The notes beneath the pieces are model-generated. The model did no database searches and had not been told where the DNA came from. It was given only the letters and a program-made list of their open reading frames with translations. Source: the human T2T-CHM13v2.0 reference genome, Homo sapiens. Taken from it: a stretch of 64,000 nucleotides of DNA. The stretch lies in assembly GCF_009914755.1 (NCBI RefSeq), contig NC_060933.1; one strand, given 5' to 3'. Position numbers and translations under genes: made by a program. Of the stretch, positions 26,029-37,892 are shown piece after piece (positions within the stretch are counted from its first letter, which is position 1; the number at the start of each line of letters is the position of its first letter).

Positions 26029-26910
26029 ATGTTTGAATCATTGTCCCCTCTGAGATCCCACCGCCTCCACTTTGGCCAATGGGAGCCCTTCCCACTGGCT
26101 TCCGTACCCTTGGACATGACCCCATTCCTCTTTGCAACTTCCTTGTTCTCTAGCAAAACTAGATTTTCCACACTCTCGAACCTTCCCTGCCCTGAGTCAG
26201 TCATTCTCTGGGGATGGGTCTTTCAGCGCGGCTCGCGTTAGAATCTCAGTCGCCTGGCGTGTCTTCATTTTGGATCACAGTGTCCTGCATACCCACAATG
26301 TTACTAATTTTATCATTGTTTTTACTCCACCAAGGTTTAAATGCTTACCTGTTCTATAACCATATTTTGTGTAATTCTCTAACGCTCTGTAGCCACCTCA
26401 GTGGGCTTCCCGCTGCCCACCCACCCTTTCATACGGCTTCTTCACGCTGGAATTCTTTCTTTGGCATTTCTTTTAGCAGCTTCATTTCATCTTTGAGGTG
26501 GCTGTGGTTGTTTTTCTCCCAACAAGGGCGTGTGCATTTGTGCCGCGTTCTCTCACGTTCCTTTGCGTTGGAGGACATCGCCCCTGTGTCTCTAGACTCG
26601 AGTGACATTTTGGCTGGGTATAATAGTCCTAGACCTCATTTTTTCCCATTAGAACTTGATCAGCATGGGACCGTCATCCTCTGGTGCTTAGTTCACTGCA
26701 GAAAATCTGCAGCCAGCTCACTTCACCCCCTTCGTAGTGACTCACTGGTTCTGTCTTGTGCACCTGCAGAATCTTCTTTACCCTCAGCTGAGGAGGTGGA
26801 GTAGGAGCCATATCTGGATGGAATGCATCCTGTGTCTTGTTTTCCTGGGACTCCGTGCACAGTTCTTTCTTTGCTTCATCATCACATATCTAAATACTTT
26901 TCAAATATGC

Positions 26911-27282
<372 letters not shown>

Positions 27283-27712
27283 TTCAAATATATTTTAAAT
27301 ACCAAAAACTAGTTGAGGCTTCTACCCAGGGGTACAAGCAATCCTCCAGTGGAAGTGTCCTCACCCTTCCTCCGGTGCCTGGATCTTGTTGTGCCTTTGC
27401 TGTGCTGGTCAGAGCCAGCCATCTGTGTCTATAATCCAATTTCAGCCATGCCTCTCCTGTTCCTCCTGGCTTGGGCTCATTGAGTCATAACTGTATGGCG
27501 TGTGGGCTCTCCGCTTGCTTCTGGAGTTCTGTGGTCTCCCCCTCTGCCACTGGCTGCTGAGATGAACAGGCTCATCTCATCTTCGAGTGTGGCTTCCATT
27601 GCACCTTGTCCTTATCAAGTTGACACAGTGCCCAAATTCCTCCTGGGGAACTTCCTTCTTCTCTGGGTTTTGTTTTATTGTTGGCCGGGTTCTTTGTCTG
27701 CTGAAGTCCAAC

Positions 27713-27714
<2 letters not shown>

Positions 27715-27750
<36 letters not shown>

Positions 27751-27810
27751 CTCTCTCTCTTCTCTTTTTTCTCCCTTCCTTCCTTTCCTTCTTCCTTCCC
27801 TCCTTCCTGG
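27715..27810. repeat. (CT)n microsatellite and CT-rich tail
   Basis: Directly visible. Confidence 0.9.
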
Positions 27811-28142
27811 GGCTCCATGCCCTTCTCCCACTGGGGGCAATCAAGAGGTCTCACCTCAGTCCAAGGGTCAGCCCTGGTGTCTCCCCAGCCAGACAGTGAC
27901 CAAAGTCAGGACACACCCCCTGGTTGCCTCCTGATGAGGGCTAAGGGTGAGGATTCCGGCACTCCCAGTTTGGACTCAGAAGACAGGAGCAGTGTGGGGA
28001 GCAGCACCGCCTGTACCTCCTCTGTGACTCCCCTGGACACCCTCCAGGAGGTCTGTGATGCTGACCTGCCCTCTCCTTGTCGGCTCTGAGTCATTCATCT
28101 CCAGTTCTTACTATGCTTGTTTGTTGTCCTGGGTTAGTGCAG

Positions 28143-28702
28143 CCCTCATACCTGCCCCCGCACCTGCCCCCACACCTGCCTTCACACCTGCCCCCACAAC
28201 TGCCCCCCATACCTGCCCCTGCACCTGCCCCACAACTGCCCTCACACCTGCCCCCCACACCTGCCCCTGCACCTCCCCCCACACCTGCCAGCACACCTGC
28301 CCCCACACCTGCCCTCACACCTGCCCCCACACCTGCCTTCATACCTGCCCCCACAACTGCCCCCCATACCTGCCCCTGCACCTGCCCCAACTGCCCTCAC
28401 ACCTGCCCCCACACCTGCCCCCGTACCTCCCCCCACACCTGCCCCCACACCTGCCCCCACACCTGCCCTCACACCTGCCCCCACACCCGCCCCCACACCC
28501 GCCCCCACACCCGCCCCCACACCCGCCCCCACACCTGCCCCCACACCTGCCCCCACACCCGCCCTCACACCCGCCCCCACACCTGCCTCACACCTGCCCC
28601 CACAACTGCCCCCCATACCTGCCCCTGCACCTGCCCCCACACCTGCCCTCACACCTGCCCCCACACCTGCCTTTGCACCTGCCCCCACACCTGCCCTCAC
28701 AT
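28143..28702. repeat. 12-bp minisatellite (CACACCTGCCCC)n, about 45 units
   Basis: Directly visible, with variant units. Confidence 0.95.
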
Positions 28703-31329
28703 CTGTAAATGTCACACTGCCCAGCCCTGCACTCCTCTCCCACTTGGCCAGTTTCAGGCTGTACCACTCCACCGAGGTGACCCCAGCTAGTTTGGGGCTT
28801 CAGATCCCACTGCTGAGCCGGAGACCCAGATGGGTCTCAGACTGACAGTCTCAGACTGGCAGCCCCCCATAGCACCAGGCGTGGGTGCCCACCCACGAGA
28901 TGTCACCTGGCAGGCACTTTGAGAATGTCCAGAATGGGTGTCATAATCCACCCCCCGCCTGCTCCTTTTGTCTTCCCCACCTTGGGGTGTCACCACCTGC
29001 CTGTTCCCTCCCCCCAGCCTGGGCGCTGTCCCTCCCCCCTAGTCCTTCAGGAAGTCTAGCCAGTGCCACCTTCAAAACACACCTTGGATCCACCTGGTCC
29101 CCTGTCCTCTGTCCAGCCCGCAGTCCCACTCAGCTCGCGGTAGGCAAAGCGAGGCCCCACCCTCTCTGCAGGGCTCTTGGAGACACGTTTGAACCACAGC
29201 GTCTGTGTGCTCTCTAAAAGGGCAGTTGTTATTTTTTCCTGAGTTTCCAGGATGTCTGCCCCTGTGTAGCCATAGGGTCGAGCCTCTCCAGGCTCCATGG
29301 GAGCAGAAAGTGCTGGGGACACCTCAAGGCTCACGTGGCTCTGTGGACCCCGAGCCTGGGGCCCCAGCCCACCTTCCCCTCCGTGCCTGGCTCCAGCCAT
29401 GGGCCCTGCACCCGTCCTGGTGCCCTGAGGCCAGGAAAGGGGGCTTCTGGGACTGCTGCTCGATGCCGAAGGTATTGTCCTTCCCACATGGGAATCATCT
29501 CACTGGACTTTCTGTGACAAACATAGACAGTCATTTCAAAATAAATCAAACTTCAGACGTGGTACAGCAGCAAGTTGCGAAGATCCTCCTCCCCTCCCCG
29601 CACCCCAGGCGGCACCTGCTGCAGCCGGCTGTGGGCACTCCATGGACAACACGGCACAGATGTTCTCTTGTCACATAACTCTCATCCTGTACTTCAAAGG
29701 CCACGAGTAAGTGAAGACCCACTGCACTCTCGAAAAGCAGGAACGGAAAAAGTCACAGCACTGCATCATGGAGCAGCCGCCCCGGGTGGGCGCGCGCGTT
29801 TGCCTCCTGCGTGAGGCTTCCTCCAGCACTGCGGTGGGCTGTGGGTTCGTTCCCAGGGAATGTGAGCGAGCCGCATCCGCAGCCCAGGCACCCTCCCTCC
29901 CAGCTTCCTCCCCGCCCCAGGGTGACCATGTATGGGCAGCCCTGATGTCCATCGGCCCTTTGTGCAGTCATGGCGCGGTGAAGGGCCCTGCAGGCGGCGC
30001 CCAGGGGTGGTGCGGGGCTCCGCCTGGTCTGTTTACTCACAGCACAGCATGGGGCTCACTCAGCAGCACGCCCAGGAGAAGAGCCCAGCCTCATTCTTTA
30101 CAGCCGTTCTGGGGCACTCCACAGGAGGGTTGAAGGGGGCTTCCATCTGCTGGTGCTCCCCAACACCAGGGGCTGGCAGAGGGTACTCGTGCTTTGCAGG
30201 TACAAACAGCGCTCTCCCCTGGGGTAGACCCGAGCCACGACAGGCAGCCAGGGCGACATGCATAGGAGCGTGTGCTCAGACCACACACAGTGGCTTTTCA
30301 GGGGATTTTCCTTACTCAGCCACATCGGGGAGGGCGCTAGGGCAGGTATCGGGAGCGCCAGTGAGTTGGTCATTTTCTGAGCATGATGGCGGCTCAGCGT
30401 TTGGACCCCCAGAGGGAGCAGGGCCCTGTGCCTCAGCCTCCCTCGAGTGGTCCAGCCCTCCCTCAGCATGGGTGCTGAAGAAATGGAAGCCTGTGCTGCC
30501 TGTCAGGGACCTGCCGCTGGAGTTTTACCCCCACCCCATCCGCGTTGGCCACCCAGGCCCCTGTGGCACGGGTGCATGGAGGCCTAGTGAGGTCAGAAAC
30601 CGTCCAGCCAAGGGTGGGGGGATTCAGGGTGGGGGAACAGGCAGCCGGCTCCGGGAGGGCTTCTGGTGTGAGTTTGGGGCGGGCCGGCCCACTCCCTGGA
30701 GTTGGTGCTGTCAGGGGGTCCTAGGCCCACCTGCCTCCCACAGGCCTCTGTACTCACTGGGCCCTGGCTGTTGGTTGGGGGAAGAAATAGAGACAGATCC
30801 CTGGCTTGCAAGGACTCCAGGTCTGGGGTCAGAGCGTGGACAAGTCCGGAGGGCTCTGCCACCCGGCACTGCTGAGGACAGGGGCGCATCTGACAGCCTC
30901 CTGCCTCTACCGAGCTGGCTTCGGGGCAGCTGGGCCTCCCGGTGCCAATACCCCCCGGCTGTTACCTGCCTGTCACCTGGGCGAGTCACCTGGAGCCGCG
31001 TCTGTGACATGGAAGGGAACGGTTACAAAAGCCACATCATGTGAGATGTGCGGGCCCAGCCAGGCATCTGGGGCAGACCAGCGCTGCACACACACAGGTG
31101 GGATCTGTGCCCGGTGCCCAGCCTGGCATACAGGCACCATCCCGGAGTGCCCCCATGGGCTGTGCCCTGACAGCTTTGGAGGTAGGAATTGGGGGGTGAG
31201 GACCCTGGTGAGGACAGGCAAACTCAGCCATCACCCCCCTGGCCAGGGTACTACACCCACCCCACACCAGGGCTGGGGGCTAGGGGTGGGCACAGCTTGG
31301 GCAGGCCATCCTGAGCGCCAGGCCTGGTC

Positions 31330-31940
31330 CGCAGGCCGGCTGGAGGGCCCTGCCCTGCCAAGCGGGACTCCGGCTCCTCTCCAGCATCTGCCGCCCGGGG
31401 TGGGCGCCCAGGGCCACCAGCCCTCGCGGCTCCTCCCCTCCCCCCGTGCGCGACTGTCATTGTTACCATTGCTTGGCTTCTGCCAAAGCAGCCGCAGGGC
31501 CACCGGGTGCTTGAACCTTCTCCATGGGGCGTCCTGGCGGTGGTTTGAGCCGGGCAGTCCTCCCCGCCCTCCCCAGCCCCCCAGCCCCGGCACCCGGCCG
31601 TTCCACTGCGCGGCGGCGTGGGGAGGGCGCGGCGCGAGCTGAGATGGTTCCGCCCGGCGCCGCCCCCGCTGCCCGCCGCCCGCCGCCCGCCGCGCCGAGC
31701 GCTCCCGCAGGATGGCGCGGGCCAAGCTGCCGCGCTCGCCGTCCGAGGGCAAGGCGGGCCCGGGGGGCGCCCCAGCCGGCGCCGCAGCCCCCGAGGAGCC
31801 TCACGGGCTCAGCCCGCTGCTGCCGGCCCGCGGCGGGGGCTCCGTGGGCAGCGACGTGGGCCAGAGGTAGGGGCGCGCGGGCCTGGGACCCCGCTTGTCA
31901 AATCGCGCTTGCATCCTGCTCGGGCTGCGCTGGCTGGGCT
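31330..31940. promoter_or_regulatory. CpG island, probable Slack-B promoter
   Basis: Dense CpG and GC boxes around the MARAKL exon. Confidence 0.85.
31712..31866 (+). CDS. KCNT1: KCNT1 Slack-B alternative first coding exon: MARAKLPRSPSEGKAGPGGAPAGAAAPEEPHGLSPLLPARGGGSVGSDVGQ(R)
   Basis: ATG in strong context (aggATGG), AG|gtaggg donor at 31867, inside a CpG island. Matches the recalled Slack-B N-terminus. Confidence 0.95.
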
Positions 31941-34900
31941 GCACCTGCGTTGCCTGCAGCCCGGGGAAGGGGGGAGGCCAGGGTCTCCCCTCCTAAGCCC
32001 ACCACAGCGCCCTGCTTCCTGCCGTGTCTCCAGCCTTTGAGAGCCTGCAGGACCCCCCACTCCCCCCACGTAGGGGCTGAACACGGCGGGGCTGCAGGTG
32101 AGACTGCAGGGGAGGGAGGAAGTGGACCCAGCTCTGTGCCAGGCACTGGGGGCCCCTGCCCGAGCCCTGTCCCACAGGAGCCCCGATCTTGTTGGTGCCA
32201 GCGCCACTTTGGGGGAGACAGGGCCGGCATCCGTGTCCCCACCCCAGAGGTGAGTGAGGCCGAAGCCTGCACAGCAGGTCAGGGCTGGGACACAGGGCTC
32301 AGGCTGCCTGGGGAGCCCTGCTGTGGGGTATGCTTGGGCTGGTGTCTGGTGCTTGTGGCAGGAGGGGTGCAGGTGGCCGTCCTCTGGGGATGGTTGGGCA
32401 GGTGGAGCAGCGCCTACCCCTCCTTGGCTCTTCCGCAAGCTCAGGGTGGGACACAGCACCCCCATTTCACGGATGAGGACACCAAGGCCTCATCTGCAGC
32501 AGCAAATTCCTAGCCAGCACCTTTCCCGTGCCAGGAGCCGTTCTAGATGCTGCGGGGGAAATGAGGATGAATCAGACCTGGCCTGGTGTGGGCACATGTC
32601 GTGGGCACGGAACCTGTTCCTGGGAGAGAGAGGTGCAGGCCAGGCCGGGACAGAAGAGCCGGGGACTCCTGGGGTGCTGGTCCTTCCGGGACAAGCATGG
32701 GGAGATGGGCAGGGGCCTTCCAGGTAGCGGAAGCAGTGAGGGCTGAAGTTTCATCAGGGCTGGGGGGCAGGGCTGGCAGAGCAGGGCCTGGCAGATGGCA
32801 GGGCCAAGGGTGCCCAGGAGCCTCTCCCTTACCCCTCCTACCTGGCTGTGGGCTGTTGGGCCCCTCCCGGCACCCCCATTTCTAGCTCTTCAGAGCAGCC
32901 CTGGGGGGGCACTGCCCAGCTTAGTCCCATTTGCAGAAGAGGCGGTTGAGGCTAAGGTCAAGCACCTGGCTGCAGCCTCCTGCAGCTAATGGGCAGCCTC
33001 CGCCAGGGAGGCGAGCACTGGCCAAGGCCCTGGGGACCACAGTCCCCTCCCCCTCCTCTTCCTGGATGCTGGCGTGGGGGGAAGGGGGAGGGCAGTGATC
33101 CTGGAAGCCCTGCTACAGCCAGCCCTCAAGGGGCAGGTTCCTTGCCCCATCCCTGTTCCTGCAGGGCCCATAGGGATAGCAGGTTCTGCCCAGGCTGCGT
33201 CTGAGCCCGCAGTGCAGTGCAGCATGGGAGCTGTAGCCTAGGCCCACCTCCTCCAGGAAGCCCTCCCGCATGTTCATCCCAGCCCTGTGGGCTATGCACT
33301 GTGCTGACGGTTTCACATGGGTGGCCTCGCTCATCCCCCGGCAGCCCCTGAGGTGCAGAGTCCTTATAGCCTCCTTTTGCAGAGCAGAGGTAATGGAGCT
33401 GCTGCCCAGCTGGGCTGAGCAGCCCCTGGGCCTGGAGCATTCATACAACAGGGCTCGCGCTGAGATGAGTAGGGCAGGCTCCTGAGCAGAGGACTTGGTA
33501 GGTTTGTTCTTCTGGAGTGTGGATCTCACGGAAAACACAGGCGAGGCCAGAGCCGAGAGGCAGGTGTGGTCTGCCCCAGGGAGCTGGGGGTCGCAGTGCC
33601 CGCAGCTGCCTCATCCTGCAGGCCTGAGCTGCCTTCATGGGCCAGCCAGGGTCCCGGCTCCCTCAGCCCTCTCAGCCTCTGCCCGTCTCATTGTTGAGAA
33701 GACAGTGAAGCAGAGGAGAGGTCTCCACTGCCCACCAGGGACTGAGCCACAGGAGGCGTTGTCGGGGGAGGGCACTTGCTCCTGGTGCCCCTGCCCAGAG
33801 CTCCCCTAACACCCTGTGCCCACTTATGGGTGCTGCAGGCTGGCCTCTGTCCCTCCTCCCACACAGTCCAGCTCCCCTGACCCTGAGCTCCGGGGTCTCC
33901 TCCTTCCTTCTCACTCCCCTGTGTGAGGCTGGGGAGGGATTGGGAGCTGATTAGACAGCGTGGCTTCAGTGGTGGGGTCAGGAGACCATCACTGCAAAGC
34001 TTTTGAGTAAAAGTGCCCAATGGGGGGACAGGGCCTCTCAGTGAGACCCCGCTGCATCAGGAGGCCCTGAGCCCCTCTGTGTCCCTACCACCCCTGGACC
34101 TAGGCGGCCTTGCCCCTCCCAGCTGGGGTCTCCCAGCCTCATGCCTGACTTAAGGCACCAACACAGCCCCCTCCCCACATCCTCTCCGGGGCCGTTCCCC
34201 CAGCCCCATCCTACTCTTCTGGCCCTAGCACTGCACTGGGCAGGGGGCCCATGCTGAGGAGCTCACCTGGACTGCGTGTTCTGCCCCCACACCATCCCTG
34301 AGGGAGGTGGGGCACCTCTCTTTGACCCCAGGGAGCAAGCCTGAGGCCCCCACACAGCCTGAGGTCTAGCGTGGTCCAGTTCTCCTGCCACTGTGCCCAG
34401 CACCCCAGTGTCTATGGCAGCCACAGGTCTGTCAGTCCAGCTGTGGCACGCAGAGCCCCGGCCCCGCCCCAAGCCCCTCGCCCTGATGTTCCTTGGCTCA
34501 GGAGATGGTCCCCTGAGCCCCCCGACCCCGGACACCCTTGCCAGGACCTCCCTCCCCTGCAGATCCAGACCTTCATGGTTGCCCCTCTCCTCTCCAAGAA
34601 CCTGGCTGCTCCTCCATGCCCCCCTCACCCCGGGCACACGCCCGGCGCCCCACCCTCTTCATGGTGTTCACACCGGCTCGGCACACCCCTTCCCCTGGGC
34701 CTGAAGCCCCCCTTGGAGCTTGCCCCAGATGGCCTCTCTCCCAGGAGGGCCCCTCCTGAGTATGGTCCCGTCACCCCTGAGGTGCCCCCGCCCTCCTCTG
34801 GCTTTGCCCCGCTCCGGGCTGCACACCTTCTTTCCACACAGTGCTCTGCGCTCTTTCTCCCCCACCCTAGAATGCACCTGTTTGGGTGGCTGGTTTATCC

Positions 34901-35009
34901 TTGACCCAGGAGCGTGCACAGGGAGTGCCCAGCCGCAGGGGTGGGGCTGTGTTCCCAGGCCCTCGGGGGACACCAGGCCCTGTCTTTCAGGGGTGTTTGC
35001 TGGGCCCAC

Positions 35010-35330
35010 ACCTCATTTATTGTCTCACAGTCCTGGAGGCTGGAAGTCTGAGCTCAAGATGTGGGCAGGGCTGGTTCCTCCTGAGGCCCCTCCCCTTGGC
35101 TCGTAGACACCATCTTCTCCCTGTGTCCTCTCCTGGCCGTCCCGCTATGTGTGTCTGTGTCCTCATCTCTTCTTATAAGGACACCAGTTTTGTGGGATTA
35201 GGGCCCACCCTCATGGCCTCACTTTACCTTAATGACCGCTTTAAAGGCCTCGTCTCCAAACATAGCCACGTGCTGAGATACTGGGGGTCAGGACTTCAGC
35301 ATGTTAGCCTGGGGGCACAAAACTCCGCCC
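35010..35330 (-). mobile_element. MaLR (MLT1) LTR
   Basis: atttattgtctcacagtcctggaggctggaagtctgagctcaagatg ... tcttcttataaggacaccag. Confidence 0.85.
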
Positions 35331-37850
35331 GAGATAAGGGGGTGCCTTTGTTGCGTGTGGGAACCTGCCGGGACCTGGCTGTGCTCTGGGCATTCCCCAG
35401 GTTTAGAACAGAGGCTCCCAAACTCCCCCAAGCAGGGAACCCCCTCTTCCCCAAAGCATCTTATGGGACTTGGGGTTGTGGGGTGCAGAGGGACACTCCA
35501 CTCTTCCCCCAGTCAGCCCAGAGGGGCTCCTAGAGAGCCCAGAGGGTCCCTCCCTCTCGAGGCTGGCAGCTGAGACTGCTCCTTATGGGCACAAGTCAAG
35601 TGGGGATGGCCCCTCCTCACCTGGGCTCCTTCCCGACCCCAGCCCCAGGCTCTGCAGGACACAGCAGGGAAGCAGGGCTAAGCCCAGATCCTTCCACTGA
35701 CCACTGCTGCCCTAAGCAGGGCTGAGACCCTCTCCTGGGAGGGAGGTGACGGCTTCGGGTGCAGGTTCTGTTCGTGTGTTGACAGCGAGCCTGGCCATGG
35801 GAGGTGGGTGGGCCCAGGGATGAGGCCCTCACCACTTGGTCCCAACAGCTAAGTTAGGGCTGGCAGAGATGCTGAGTGGCACCCAGGCCACCAACCGCTG
35901 GGACAGGCGAGCATCAGGGTCCTCCTGGACCACCGTGGGTTTGGATGCTGCGGATAGAGGCCGAGCTTCCTCAGCTCCCCTCCCCTCCCCTCCCACCCCT
36001 CACCCTGCAGTTCACTTGGCAGGGTTTGTGCAGCCGACAGACCTTGTTTGCACAGAGCTCCAGTCCTCAGCCAGGTTCTGCACAGGCCAGCAAAGCCCCA
36101 GGTCCCTTTGCCCACAGGCCGCTGCCCTCCCCTTGGGAGTCCCTGGGTGGATCCTCTACCCATGTGCTTGGTGGCCCCTTCCAAAATCAGTGGGGACGGC
36201 TGTCCTGGGCCTCAGGCTGTGGGACATCTGACAGGTGGTGGCTTCCTCAACACTCAGACAACAGGGCCTTGGGCAGAGTAGATGGGAGGCCCCATGCGCA
36301 GCTCAGTAGACACTCAGCTAGGGCTATATCGGGAGATGCAGAGGGACGCGGCCAGGGAGCACCTGGGAGAGAGGACACAGTGGGCCCCAGCAGGGAGGAG
36401 CCCAGCCAGGGCCTGGCCACGCCGGACCTGACCCACAGGCCAGGCAGACCCGCTGCCATGGGCTGAGGCACTGCCAGGCTCCTGCCAGCCTCTGACACGG
36501 CTGTTGCCCTGGCTCAGAGCTTCAGGCAGCACCAGGGTCCAGCGAGAGGGAAGCTGAGCCGGACAAACACGCAGAATCTGCCAGAAGCTCCCAGCAAACC
36601 CAAAGATCAGCCCCATTAAGCCTGGGGTTCTGCCTGCTCTGTGTGGAGCTGCTGGCCCGGCCACCATGCCCAGCCAGGACCTCGGCCCTCCCAGGGGTGT
36701 GTCCAGCTTCTGCCTCCCCCAGGGACCAGAAGCTGCTAGGGCTAGGGGCACCAGGAGGGCACCTGCCCACCCGGAGAGCCTGGCGTAGGCCGATGAGCGT
36801 GTGCCTGTGACCCCAGGCTGGCTTCCTCCTTCCTGCCTGTGTGGCCTCAGAAGACTGTGGTCCTCTCTGAACCTTTGTTTTCTTTTCTGAAAACATGGTT
36901 GTTTTGAGGATTAAAAGAGAGAGGTCCCTCTGAAGTCCTTTGAGGAGGAGCTGGTCCAGGACAGGCACATAGTCAGTGAAGGCAAAGACCCTCGGCACTC
37001 CCACCCTGCCCAGCCCCCGACCAGGCCGGCCCTCCGGAGCCCTCAGCTCCCATCAGCCTCTCTCTCCGAGTTCCGAATCCAGTGCAGGTTGCAACCACCT
37101 TGGTGTCAGCCGCCTGCTGGCCAGTCTGGGACAACTGGGGCCAGGTTGCCTGGGGCCAGGCTGAAGGGGTAGCAGGTGTGTGGCTGCTGGCGTGGTGGAG
37201 GGTGGTGTGTCCAGGTCCCCTGAGAGGCATCAGCTCTGAGCCCTGGCTTGTCCTATCGCAGGGAGCCTTGGGGCAGGGCTGGCGGGTGCCTCACCCGCTG
37301 GTCTGGGTGTAGGGCAGGGGAGTGGAGACAAGGGGACAGCCTCGCAGACCTCGGCATGAGGTGGAGCTCACCGCGCTCGCTTCTGGATGCTGGGGACCAC
37401 ACATGGGGCCTGGGCTGGCTTCGTGCTGAGCAGGGCCAGGGCGAGTGCCCAAAGCATCGTCACCTGCTTGCGTGGCTGAAGGGTGGCCCTCTCCTCGAGT
37501 GTGGTTGTCACCCCCCCATCTGGCCCAGGCACAGGAGGGTGCATGCGCGGGGACCCCCAAGCGGGCTGTGCTGCTTTCTCGGGCCCTGAGGGGGCCAGGC
37601 TTGGCTCAGTGCCCCCACATGGCTCTGCACATGGACTGCCTCCCACAGGCACCTCTCCCGTGCCCGGGGGCGCCAAAGGTCCGGGCCCCCCAGAGCCTCC
37701 CTGCGTGTCTGTGCCCCGCCTGGTCCCAGAGCCCAGGCTCTCCATCTGTCTGTCTACTGCCTTCTCCATCCGTCCGTCTATCTGTCTGCTGCCTTCTCCA
37801 TCTGTCCATCTGTCTCCCGCATTCTGGTTGATGCCCCTCTGTGTCCCCAG

Positions 37851-37892
37851 GCTTCCTGTAGAAGATTTCAGCCTGGACTCCTCCCTGTCTCA
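37851..37892 (+). CDS. KCNT1: KCNT1 42-nt cassette microexon: (R)LPVEDFSLDSSLS(Q)
   Basis: tccccag|G acceptor, CA|gtaagt consensus donor; phase 2-2; joins the Slack-B exon to VQVEFY in frame. Confidence 0.93.

Noticed and set aside
28055-28790. PHTC/PHLP/PAPT repeat ORFs (also HPSI ORFs at 47582-48310 and ORFs at 53079-53585 and 61170-62047)
   Set aside because: Tandem-repeat translations.
29932-31044. 370-aa + strand ORF upstream of Slack-B (similarly 41164-42279)
   Set aside because: Low-complexity P/G/A/W composition typical of GC-rich noncoding DNA; the paralogous copy at 1412-1820 differs by indels, arguing against coding constraint.
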